DNA of 64,000 nucleotides, taken from assembly GCA_028534125.1 (NCBI GenBank), contig CM052851.1, positions 1,922,001 through 1,986,000 on the forward strand, read 5' to 3'. Under the pieces are notes generated by a model. That model was not told the origin of the DNA. It saw only the letters and a program-made list of their open reading frames with translations, and ran no database searches. This document shows, in pieces, positions 1 to 11,586 of this stretch. Positions within the stretch are counted from its first letter, which is position 1. Each line of letters opens with the position of its first letter. Made by a program: the position numbers and the translations under genes. Source of the stretch: Lama glama (taxonomy: Eukaryota).

Positions 1-2574
1 TCCAGGTCAAAGTGCCCAGGGAGCAGGAGCCGTGGGGCTGAGACAGTCTGGTCCCGTGGTGGCCTGGACTCGAGGGAGGGAGCCCTGGGGCCTGGGAAGG
101 TGCTGCGCGCACGATGGGGTGGGTCCACTTGGCCCCTGTTCCATGATGTGGGGGCCCTGAGCCAACACAGCAGACCAGCTGCCGGGGCCGGGGGAGGGGG
201 GGTGCTCGAGAGAACTGTTCCCTACGCCAGGGCAGGCCCCGGGTGCCGGAACGCCCAACCCCTAAGGGGGAGACCATTAGGAAGTGCCCTAACGTGGGGG
301 CTTTTAAGAAACCAGCTTCACTGAGGTACGGTTTATAAACGGACCCACTTGAGGGAGCTTCCCCCACCGCGCGGCCCCTCCCTTCCCTCAGACAGCGCCC
401 CGGCCAGCCCCAGGCCCACCCCTCGGCAGCCACGCTCCCCACACAGGCCTGGAAAGTTTGGATGCCACAGAGAAGGGCCGCCCCAAGCCCCGCGCAGGTG
501 ACACTTCTGAGATCCCGGTGCTGTGGGCTTCCTATTGCCGAGGGTCCGAGAGGGGCACAGCCACTGCTCTCGCCCACCTTTAACTGCTGGCCACTGGTGG
601 ACGTGTCCACACTGCCTAGGGCCCCTGCTCCCCGAGACCCTGCCACAGGGCCCAGTGCCTCCCAGAAGTGGGGGTGCCAAGACCAGCACAGGACAGAAAC
701 CAGAAAGGGAAGCTGAGCCCAGTCAGTCCCTTGGTTTTGAGTGTGCGTGACAGGTAAGCCAGGCCATGTCTCCAACAGCTCGGGCAGCCTGGGGCCAGTA
801 ACCCAGGGAGCAGGGAGGCAGAGCCGTGGGGTGAGAGCATCATCAAAGTGGCGCCCAGAGGGGGGCCCTCCTCATCTAGGGGCAGTCCAGGGGCCCAGTG
901 CGGACAGAGGCAGAGGGCTGACCAGGCAGCCTGGGCGGCATACCCTGCAAAGCTGACCCAGCTTGCACCCCCTACCCAAGCAGGAGTGCCTCCTCCCCCC
1001 GCCCCCCAGCTGATGGCTCCAGGCAAACCTACTGGATACTCCATGACATACAGCAGGAGTGGCAGGGACTGAACAAGCCTGAGGGCCTCTGCACTTTCAA
1101 GGTCCTGGCAACAGTGGGGATGGGGCACACGGGGCTCTCAGAGGCACTGGAGGGTCCCACAGGAGGGGACTGGCTGAGGGGAGGTCGGAGCCATGGCACA
1201 TGGGGTGGCACCAATGCTCAGGGCTTCGGGCTGCGGCCTTGCCACCCGAGTGTACCTGGAACGGCCGACTGACAGCCTGAGGCCAGGAGGCCCCCGGCCT
1301 GCACAGCAGCCTCACACACTTCGTACCCCACAGGGGAGAGAAAACCCAGCACCTCTGAGCACGGCCCTCCCCCTGCTCCCATCTGTACTGACCTGACATC
1401 AGGACACTTTGCTTGGGCACTATGCCACGTGGGTCACCACAGAGAACGCAGAGAGGGAGCCACCCAGGTCTGGATCTTCTGCTGCCCGGGCCTGGCCCTC
1501 CGTCCAGCTCCCTGGTGGGCCCGTAGCCTCCAGACGTGATGACCGTGGCCTCGCGCAGCCATGCGCCTCTCAACGCACCACAGAGAGTGTTCTCATAAGG
1601 ATGTGGGCGCCCTCGAGCTTTGTGGCCACAGTCGGTCCACTGTGGGCGTGTGGGGACCGACTCATCACTCCTGGGAAGTGAGGGCTGCCCCCTTGGGGCC
1701 CGTGTAAGCTGCGGGAGCGCACCCGGCCCCTGTGCCCGCACACTCCGGGCTGAAGGCCTGCCATAAGTCACACCTCTCTGGAAACCCTACCAGCTGCCCG
1801 GAAGAGGCTCGGAGTCCACACCCCCGCTCCGTCCTCTCAGGCTGTCCCCGCAACTCACCAAACCCCCAGCACCCTCGCCTCTTCTCAGCAGCCATCGGGG
1901 CAGGGTTGGGGCAGGCCTGGGGAGGCTCACCGCAGCCCCCCTGCCAGGGGGTCCGACACCACGCTCGCCTGGGTACCTCAGGGGGGCAGCGCTCCCTCTC
2001 CCTCTGGCTCTGGTCACCTTGGGCTCAGCCGTGCCGGGCGCTTCCTGCTCCTTCTCGTGGCCAGTACTCTCTCCCTCTGGCCGTTGCCAGGGAGAAGCCG
2101 GCCCCTCAGGAAGGCCAGCACCAGGGGAGCTGGACACTGGCCCCCGCGGAGCAGGGGGCGGCCCTGCCAAGGGCGGTCCCAGGGTCAGGAACTGGAGTGA
2201 GAGCCCTGGCAGCAGGTGTTTCTGGGAAAAGCGCTCCCTCCTGTGAAGAGGGAGGAGCCACCAGGGAAGCCCCAACAAGACGACAGAGCAAATACGGCCT
2301 TCAGGCAGGAAGTGTCCCTCCTGGAACCTTCTGACCAAAAAGGCAAAACCCCATAAGCGCTGGAAACAGGGGGAACGCTTCCTTAAGGTAGCAGAGAGCC
2401 CACCTGGGGACCCCAGACCCACCCCAGTGAAGTGGCCTCTTCCTAAAGACTGGCTTCAGAAGCCTCAGAAACAAAACAGAAAACCAGGGGGCTGCGTGAC
2501 CACACCTGGCGCTGCCGTGAGGGGAGCAGGCCGGCACCCCCGCCCGCTCCGCCCAGCAAGAAAGGCATGCACAG

Positions 2575-3637
2575 TGCTGGCTTCATGTTTCACAACTTTA
2601 ATAGAATATTCTAACTATTCTGTACAAATTGAAAACACTGTATTCAGTTACAAATGTGTGGTAAGTAAGGCTCAGCACCCTACAGGCCTGGCCACAGCGT
2701 GGACACAGCGCCCCCTGCTGCCAGCGGCCGCAGTCGCACCCTTGGAAACCCACACGCCAGCCAAGAACAGGTTGCTCCCAACCCAGGGCTTTTAAGACAA
2801 GATGAAGGTGGGGCCAAGAAATGGGAGCTGCTGAGAAAGCAGAACATTTACACACTGAACGGAAAGGCTCTCCTCCCCAGCCCGAGCCCCGCACCACAAG
2901 GACTGGCAGATCCCGGCTCTGCCCTATGGCCCGCGTGTCGTGGGGACCGGCTCCTGCTGCCGGCAGCTTCCTCCATGCAGGCCTCGTCCCGTAGGAGCCG
3001 GACCACTTCCCGCGCAGGGCACCAGGTCTCCAGTCGCAAACCTGGTTTCAGAAACTCTAAGCACAAGCGACAGCGTGCGTCCCAAGCCCTCACCAGCGTG
3101 AAAGGGTAAATAAATACGAGATGAACCACAAGAGCTCGTGCCTCAGGGTCAGTGGGCGCCACAACCCCAGGCCCGCCCGAGAAAAGCGAAGCCCAGGAAA
3201 GGACAGTGAGAGGAGAGCGCCACTCCGCCGGCTCCCCCGACAGTTGGCATGGCGGGAAAACGGCGTGTGGGTCCTTCAAATGAAACAAGAGTCCGGCCCG
3301 ATGGCGGGAGAGGGGTAACCGGCTCCAGAGGCCCTGGAACCACATCCCCGGACACGTGCCCCTGGCGTCTACCCTGTGTGGTCTGTGCCACCCCCCACCC
3401 CCGGCGGGGCCTGGCAGGTCCACTGAGCTGCGCCCAAGGCGGTAGAGGGTGCTAGAATTAAACCTCCTATTTCTGAAATGCATCTGAGTTACCACTGTAC
3501 AGGTTAAGCAAAATAATAAAGTAAAAGGAGAAGTTAAGTGAAAACCATGCACTTGGAAGCGAGTTAGAGCTGAGCACTGTCAGGTCGCGGGTCGGCGCAG
3601 AGCTGACGACGTGCGGCGGCCACACCCGCGGGGCGTC
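2575..3637 (-). other. NAP1L4: NAP1L4 3' UTR (cleavage site approximate)
   Basis: Runs from the TGA at 3640-3638 to just past the ATTAAA signal at 2602-2597. Confidence 0.7.
2597..2602 (-). terminator. NAP1L4: NAP1L4 polyadenylation signal (ATTAAA)
   Basis: tttaat on + is ATTAAA on -. It sits in an AT-rich island within GC-rich DNA, with upstream TGTA (CFIm-type) motifs near 2626-2623 and 2652-2649. Confidence 0.75.
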
Positions 3638-3676
3638 TCACTGCTGTTTGCACTCAGAGGGCTGGCTGGGCTCTTT
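3638..3676 (-). CDS. NAP1L4: NAP1L4 terminal coding exon, KEPSQPSECKQQ*
   Basis: Acceptor ttttgacag|AAA GAG CCC AGC CAG CCC TCT GAG TGC AAA CAG CAG TGA. Phase 0 matches the preceding exon, and CKQQ is the NAP1-family C-terminus. Confidence 0.93.
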   Translation of the reverse strand, partial: KEPSQPSECKQQ

Positions 3677-6600
3677 CTGTCAAAAGAGAAAACAAGACTG
3701 TAAAGAATCAACCAACCCCATCAGCCAAGCATCTCCACCCAACATCGAACACGAAGACTCAAATGCTTCATTTATTCTTACTGAAAAAATGGTTCCTCCA
3801 AATGTACTTTTAAAATAGTAACAAAAAAATTAACTTCCCAGGAAAAAGATCACAGTGGGACTGCCCATTTTTGTTTAAGGACATTCTCATTCACAGCAGA
3901 AGGGTCCTGGGGGAAGCGGGGGTCCTCCGGAGGCAGAGGCTGATTAAACGCACAGGAAAGCCCTGGTCCCAAAGCTGAAGGCGCCTCAGAGCCGTGGGGC
4001 AACCACAGCCCTGCCCACGGGCACCCCTCCGGCCCTGCAGGGAGGAGGCTCCTGGGCCGCTGCCTGAAGCAACCCCTGTCCCCGCGGCTGGCCCGAGGCT
4101 CGCGGGAGGGACGCCCCCGGCACTGGGCTCTGCCTGCGCCCTGACAGAGGACGAGAGGCCACTGAGAGCTTCACAGACCAGCCCCAGCCCTCCCAGGAGC
4201 CTGCCCATGGGGGAATTCCATCCTCCAGAAAAGGGGTGAGGGAGATCCTCCCCGCCCCGAGGCGCGACTCACTTCAGAACGACCCGACACCCACACCTCA
4301 CCACTGAAACACGCGAGGCGGCCCCACGGACCGCGTGTGGAGCCAACAACAGCCAGAGAGAAGGAGCTTCTGAGCAGACAGACTTCCTCCCAGTAACTGG
4401 TGGTTTCTGGCTGTGAAGATGACCAATGACTGAACGCGACCAGCCAGGCCCACGGAGTTTCAGAAAAGCCCGCAGCACAGTCTGAAAGGACGTCTGGGAC
4501 AGCGCCACCAACCCCATCAGAGGACAAGCCAGGCTGCAGCCTGTTCCGGGGAAGCCACACTGAAGGGGTGAAAAACCGTGTGCAAAAGATGCACACAGAC
4601 AAATGCCCGTGGGCCCTGGTCCCAGCCCCCGCCCAGAAGTGTAACGGAAAGGGCACAGGGACGAGCCGGCACAGGCGCCCCACCCGCAATCCTAGCTGAG
4701 GAAGACCGCACACCGCCATTCCAAGGACAGACTTGGAGGAGGCCCAGACCCGTGGCCAAGGGGCCCAGACGCTGGCTCCAGACTCACTGGGGGTGCAGAA
4801 GTGCTCCAGGCCTGGGACGGCGTTGGCAGGACGAGGGAAGAAGGGTGTGCGTGCCTCCGGAATGCATTTGCAGAAGGAAGGAGGTTAGAGATGCCGAAGC
4901 TGGGGGTAGGGTGGGGTGGGGCCGGAGCGGGTGGTGGGCCAGGGGGACCTGGCATGCTGCGTCTCCCTAGGTAAATGTGTACACTGGACACCGAGGATGC
5001 CAGGTAAGGCAGAGCGCTGCACAGTCCACAACATGCTCCTCGAGGGACTCAGGAGAAGGCATCTTATTCACGTAAAGTAAACCCTCTCCTGGGGGTACGG
5101 AGATGGCTGGCAGAAAGGGGTCCTCACCAAAACCAAGACCAAGACCAGGACCAGGGCCAGGGCCACTGTGAGGGCAAGAAGCTGGACGGGAACCCTGCGT
5201 CTGGAGGGGGGGGAGGCCGGGAGCTGGCCAGACGAGGAGGACTGGGCCGCCACCGGCACCCCTGCCACCCGAGGCCCGTGTGCAGCCCCGGCCCTGGGGA
5301 CAGCGTCCACGTGGACGCAACTCCAGGCTGCAGGGCTGACACAGAACCGGGACGTGAACTTCACCCACGAGACACTGACGGTCTTCAGCCTGTGGCAGAG
5401 GCCGAAACAGAACTGCCAACTAAACCCAAGTGTCCTGCTGCAAGTCAGGTGCTGTCGGAAGCCTGGGCACCCAAGGCTGCTCACAAAGGACAAGAGTCGG
5501 TGTTTCAAAGGAACAAACTAACAGCCCACGTTGCCCGTCAGGGGCCATTTATAAGGGTTTTAACACACAGCCAACCGGCACGCGCCACAGGCACGCAGCC
5601 CGGGGCGGAGGGCGCCTGGGCTGCAGAGGGACGGCCTCCTCCCAGGGGAAGCTCCAGCCCTGCTGACAGTCTGACGGCACCGCCGTGGTTACACTGAACA
5701 GAGTCCCTCGCTCCTAGAGACACAGGCCGGTGCGGGCAGATGCTCCAGGCAACAGGGACAGCCCTGGCGGGCGTCTTCAGACGTGTGGGAAGCAAGGGCG
5801 ATTAGATGCCACCACCAGTGATCAGACTTGGCCTTCAGACACCGAGATCCACGATGTACATTCACTCCATCGAGTTAAAATGCTTTCCTCAGCCCATGTC
5901 TGCCCACTGCCTGTCAGTTCTCTAAGAAACCAAACCCACAGGAGTAAGACAGGGAGGCCATGCAGACAGGCCCCCAAGGCGCTGGGGAAGCCAGCCTCCC
6001 GGCCCCCCGAGCCACGAGCAGGCACTGAGACACGGCCCCCTCTCCCACACACTGGCCGCCCACTGAGCTCAGCTCGTGCAGCCCTCGCTGTTCCCTGGAC
6101 GGCGCTGTTCCTGAGCTGGTCTCCCCCAGAGGCCCACCGGCCCCTCCCGTGCACCATACTAGGGAGGGGGCTTCTGGCTGGGGCAGAGCTACGATGCCCG
6201 ATGACCCAAGCGGGGGACAGGGCGGCGCCGGGGCTGGCTGATGCCCACTGAAACCTGCGGCCAGTTCTTGCCTCGCTCAGGCAGAACTCTTCCCGGCACC
6301 CACAGCGGCGCTCACTAACGCCGACATGAAACGGATGCCAGAGGCTCTTCAGGTAAAATACTCTGGTGTGAGAAGTTCAGTTACCCTTCCTTATCTGTCA
6401 GTCTGCATAACACCTCAATTTAAAAAGTATAAATGATCGAGAGACATGTGTCAAGAAAATTGCAGTGGGCTGACGCCTACTGCCATTGTGGGCAGCCGAT
6501 CCCAGGGCCCCCTGTTCTGCCTTCTTCCTGGAGGGCAGCCCAGTCGTCAACAAAGATGTCACACCAGTTACATCCCTGCTACGTGGTCAGCGACCAACAC

Positions 6601-6830
6601 TGGGCTCGACAAGCAGAAGCCAGATGTGATTTCTGTCAGTTGGCTTTAAGAGGACACGTGAGAGATGCCTGCACAAAACGCCGCTCTTCAGCCAGCCCCA
6701 GTCCAGCCTGGCACCCGGTGAGTCCGCCTGGACAGCCACTTCCTCTTTATCCACTGAGTCACAGCGTGGCATTGTTGCAAAGCGTGGACCCGAAGTTTGG
6801 AAGTTAGGAATGAATGGAATTCCACCTTAC

Positions 6831-6864
6831 CTAGAAACGTATGATTAACAGACAAAAATTACAC
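6831..6864 (-). CDS. NAP1L4: NAP1L4 alternative 34-nt cassette exon encoding V-stop (isoform ...INPKV*)
   Basis: tttttttccccatttag|GTG TAA TTTTTGTCTGTTAATCATACGTTTCTAG|gtaagg. Gives the recalled human ending EINPKV. Confidence 0.88.
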
Positions 6865-8458
6865 CTAAATGGGGAAAAAAATTGAAAAGAACTGTCACTG
6901 TGAAAGAAAATGAAATGCACAGAATTACAGAGGAGGAAAAAGCCACTACCTCTCGTGACACGAGGGCGAGGCCCCGACCCTGAGGTGGGAAGCCTCCCGC
7001 CAGAGCCGGGCCACTGACACCAGAACCTCCTTCCTCTCGTTTTCCTCTGGTTGTGCAGGCTGTGACGTAACAGGCCCCTCTGAAGGGGTGTGCGTGAAGG
7101 AACAGAAATGTCACAGCATGACCCCAGAGGGCAAGACTGGGGGATTTTGACCACGTGGTTGACAGTTCTCAGCTCACACAATTGACCCTCCTAAGTCATT
7201 TCTCACCAGCCAACAATCAAGACTTCACGAAGGGTTAGTATTGACAATTCTCTACTTCTTGTTAAGCTGTCTGTAACCACTTGGTGACAATGCTTGTCCA
7301 GAAAACTCAGACGTGAGAGGAGTCAGAAGGTCCAGTGAGGGGGAGAGCAGAGGAGGACAGACGGAAGGAAACAAGACACGGAGGAGCGGAGCACCCGCTG
7401 CCGGTAAGACGAGCAGCGGTAGACAGACTGTGCACTGCACCTGGAGTGGACGGGGCCAACCACCTCGGCCTCCGCTCCAGAGCTCACACCGGCACCGTGT
7501 GTCAGCGCCAAGGGCGGACACATGCACCTGGGCCCCGGGCGCTGCACCCACGGCAGGGCTGGGGCCGGTGGCCCTCCTCGCGACCCCTGGCGGTCCTCAC
7601 TCGGGAACTGAGCACAGGCGCGTCCGTGCCGAAACGGACAGGCTGGCTCTGAAAAGATGAACGTGCTGGTGAGACCGCGCCCAAAGCAGTATTTATTGGG
7701 CACTTTAAGGAAGGAACCATGCCGTGAGCGAGCACTCAGACACAGCTGGTGCTGCAAGGCCACCACGACAGTCACACCCCGACAGCACAGCACACGTTCT
7801 GCTCTGGGCAAAAACAGGGTAAGAAACACACAGTCTACAGAAACAGAGGCAAGGCTCTCCAATGCCAGGTAATGTTAGTGGCCTCACAGCCCATGGTGTC
7901 AGCCTAAGAGGCAGGTGAGCAGCACATGTCACGTGAGCAAACAGGAGCACTTCTCATCACAGCTTCAGGACAGCACGGGGACAGTTCTGTATGGGAAGTG
8001 CGTGCCAGATGACAAGGCCCTTGATCTCGTCTGAGATCAAAAGTGAAAACTCAGACCTGCAGGTGCCCACTCATCCTCATCAGCATTCTTTTTTCTTAAG
8101 TAAAGCTTCTGAGTTTATTTTAAATTATCTGAGATACCTAGACACTTAACTTTTGAGTATTCTCAGCCCAAGTACAATTGTAAGATTATACCCACGATTC
8201 CATCATTCGTTTAAAAAACTGAACGAGTTTCTATAAAATAAGATACAGCTTGTGAAAGAGTTGGAAAGTGTTTTAGTGAATATTTATACTTAACACTCAA
8301 ATTACACATCACGTCTCAGCAGTTCCTCATTCAAGTATTTTTCTGGTGTGTTTTAACTTTACTAATTACAGAACGACAATTACATATTCATAACACCACT
8401 GCCTCAAAGTGGGGAACACGATTTAAAAGCCCAACCCCGCGGCCCCCAGATCACTAAC

Positions 8459-8515
8459 CTTGGGGTTGATTTCGGCGTCGTCCTCATCTTCTCCCTCCTC
8501 ATCACCTTCTAACTC
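8459..8515 (-). CDS. NAP1L4: NAP1L4 exon 14, ELEGDEEGEDEDDAEINPK
   Basis: 57 nt, acag|GAG...AAG|gttagt; acidic tail. Confidence 0.95.
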
Positions 8516-8942
8516 CTGTATCAAAAGGAGAACTAGCTGAACAGACACGAATTAAGTTCTTGTGGCCCACACTGCCCACAAATAAAGCTAAACTCTGATT
8601 CACAAGGGAATCAACTGCAGTCATTACTCTTCATAACTGATTAACCCCAACCCCGGGCACTTTCTGTTCTCACAGACAACCCTGAAACGAACATATTGCT
8701 GAAAAAGTAGATTCTGTTTGTTAAATGATTATTTTCAAAGATGCACTTTCATGAGGCCAGCTGCAGGGTCACACTCTGGACACAGTTACACATCTGCCAC
8801 GTCTTCCCTTGGCGCCAGTTCGGCAGGGCTGACAGCCGCCAAGGCCGCGCCGCTGGGATGACTGTGACGCGCCTGTGACGTCACGGGCTCTGGCCACTCA
8901 AGCAGAGAAGGCTTAGTGCAACCTCAGGAAAAGACGTCTTAC

Positions 8943-8972
8943 CTCCTCTTCTCCTTCCTCACCTTCTTCAAA
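8943..8972 (-). CDS. NAP1L4: NAP1L4 exon 13, FEEGEEGEEE
   Basis: 30 nt, ttttcag|TTT...GAG|gtaag. Confidence 0.95.
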
Positions 8973-9989
8973 CTGAAAAGAAAGGAAACAGGTTTTAGGT
9001 GTCATTAAGTGCGACGGCAACCAGACCCAGACCCAGTCCCCGGCAGGCGCCCATGCTGGTCAGGCCGCTGCCTGAAGCACAGGGCCGCGTGCTCACGAGT
9101 CCTGCTGTGTCAGAGGGACACCAGGGATCAGAAAACCACTCGAAGGGGGACTGTGGATGCGGAGGGGCGCAGAAAGGAGACGGTCAGCTAGGGAGTGTGC
9201 TGGGTCCCACCGGGAAACTGGCTGAGCTAAGCAAACCCCAGCGTGCTTTTATTACACACAGGACTTCTGATGCCACTTTGTATCTCATACAGGTGAAGTC
9301 TTTAATTGGTATTTAGAAATACAGTAAAACCTTGGCGTTCAGTCTTAACTGAAGTGCACAGGAGAAACTCCAATACTGTAGCTGGCTGGTCTTGAATGAA
9401 TTTCTCCCGTGTCCAAGGACATCCCTGGTTGGGCACTGATTGGAGTCTCAAACATAAAGCAAAAACAAAATAAAAGACACCTTATCACTGTTGGCTGCAT
9501 CGATATGGGAGGAGTTACTAGGAGACCCACAAGAGTGTGGGAGACAAAATCAGGACTTCTACACCCACTTCATCCCAAAACAACGTCCTGTGTGCGCACG
9601 CCCCTAGTGAGCCTCAGGTCAGCCAGCTCATCCCTGCACCTCAGCGAGCAGTTCCTCTGCCGGGCGGGGTTCTAAGGGCTTGAAAAGCAGCTGGAGTCAT
9701 TACATCACCTCCAGCTCACACGGGGAATGGGCAGGACTGGGGCTCCTGCCTAAGCAGGCTGAGGTGAACCCCACTTCTAACCTTCTCACTACACTGCGCA
9801 GCAGCAGTCATGTGCAGAGGTGCTGGGAATGAGCACATGCACGTGTGCTACAAGCAAACACGCCGCACTGCCCACGTGAGCACCCGCGCTGCACTCTAGC
9901 ACACACACGCACACAGGCAGCGTATCAAGGTTTTAAGTTGATGGGTGTATGACCAAAAAAGTCTGGCGACCACTATCTGGAGATGAGTT

Positions 9990-10160
9990 TCCACTGTGTG
10001 CAGCCCCTCGATGGTTTCTGGCCAAATTATATAAAGCTGAACATTCAGTTCCTCACTTTACATCTTCCAGCACCACTAGGTGTTGGCCCTAATGCACTGG
10101 ATGGAGCAGGTAGAGGAAATTCCATCATCACAGGAGGTTCCACTGGACTGTGCTAGTCTA
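9990..10160. mobile_element. MER3-like hAT-Charlie DNA transposon remnant
   Basis: acattcagttcctca...gaaattccatcatcacaggaggttccactggactgtgctag resembles the recalled MER3 consensus. Boundaries approximate. Confidence 0.5.
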
Positions 10161-11068
10161 GAATTCGCTACGGAACCAGCATTTTGTAAAATTAAGTCTG
10201 AGCAGCTGTGTGTCCATGTTCCTGGACCTTGAAAGCCACCTCCCAGCCCAGGGCAGACAGAGCGCACTGGAGAAGTCAGCTAGTCTCAGACCAGTCACCT
10301 GGCGCACCAGACGGGCCCCTCCCGCCACTGGGGCCTTCAGCACAAGGAGGGAGCTGTGAGGAGACGCTGACCGCCGCCGCCTCAGGGCACAAAGCCACCG
10401 AACCTGCCCAGCGCCCACTGCCCTGTCAAGGCCCCAACAGACCGCAGCAGGGAGGAGACACACAAGCACTCAACACAGGGAATCAATGTCTTCTCCCATC
10501 AACGTGTTCCCGAACCAGACCTCACTTGTCCACGTCAAGAAAGCTGGCAGTATGCTGGGCCTTGGTCGTGATGGAAAACTGTCTCTGGGGACAGCCCAAG
10601 GGCGGCTGGCAGGGCTGCGCTCAGGGGCTCTGCTCCCCAGTTCCGACCGTGGCAGGGCTGGCTCCTTCAGGCAGAAGGCACAGCGGCCGGCATGGCAGCG
10701 CTGTGTTTGTGCGGAGCAGGGGTCTCTACCACTCTGCTGGCACGATCGGCTCTGCCGCTAAGTGCTCGGCGTGGCCAGACCCCCGGGAATGAGCCTCCTC
10801 GTGTTCAGTCGCCCCAAGCTGAGAGACCCCGAGTGCAGCACAGTGAGCCCTGGTCCCTGAGAACATGTGAAACGAATCCCTGGGCAGGCCTCGCGCAGTG
10901 TCTGGCTCTCTGCTCGGACGCCTGCCGTCCCTCCCTCCCAGGTCCACGTCCTCCCAGCGCCCCACAGCAGGCCCCACGAGTCTGGCCAAGGATGCCATGA
11001 GACCTAGGCCTGGGCGCCCTGAGCCACCCCGAGGCAGGGAGGCGCCTGGGCGGCCACCAGCCACATAC

Positions 11069-11188
11069 ATTGTCGTCATCCTCTACGGCCTCCCCGGTGA
11101 AGTAGAGCACAGCTCGAGGGACTATCCGCTCGCGAAAGAAGTGTCCGATCTCAAAGTCGGAGGCTAATGTGAATTCGGAATCTTCATC
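11069..11188 (-). CDS. NAP1L4: NAP1L4 exon 12, DEDSEFTLASDFEIGHFFRERIVPRAVLYFTGEAVEDDDN
   Basis: 120 nt, cag|GAT...AAT|gtatgt; conserved NAP domain end. Confidence 0.97.
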
Positions 11189-11563
11189 CTGAGGGGAGAA
11201 CTGAACGTTAACTCGTCTCAGTCGGTAAACGTCACGCCCTCTCAGCCTCACTTCACCCGACCTCCAGTGACACGGCTGAGGAGCACTCCCCGCCTCCTGG
11301 CAGCACTGCCGAGTGACAGCCCTCTGCGAGGCGGGGCAGCGGTACCAGGACTGCCACACGGAGGGCAGGGCCCACACCTGCGGGGGGCCCGGGCTGAAGG
11401 ACGCCCACAGAACATGTGCTTCCGTCCCACCCCGGGCCACAGGGGGCACCAGCCAGCCCAGGAGTCTAGGGAGGAGGAGCAGACTGGAAAGCAAGCAGCA
11501 GATGGCTCAGGAAATGAAGGCTTCAACAGCAAAACGAAGTCTGTGATGACGACACAAGCTTAC

Positions 11564-11586
11564 CAGGGACTCTCCGTCTCCTGATG
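11564..11586 (-). CDS. NAP1L4: NAP1L4 23-nt micro-exon 11, (A)SGDGESL
   Basis: ttttttctag|CA TCA GGA GAC GGA GAG TCC CTG|gtaagc; needed to restore the frame between exons 10 and 12. Confidence 0.93.

Noticed and set aside
1-2570. Overlapping 60-224 aa ORFs downstream of NAP1L4
   Set aside because: P/G/A/R-rich translations on both strands with no recognisable domain or exon structure, as expected in GC-rich intergenic DNA.
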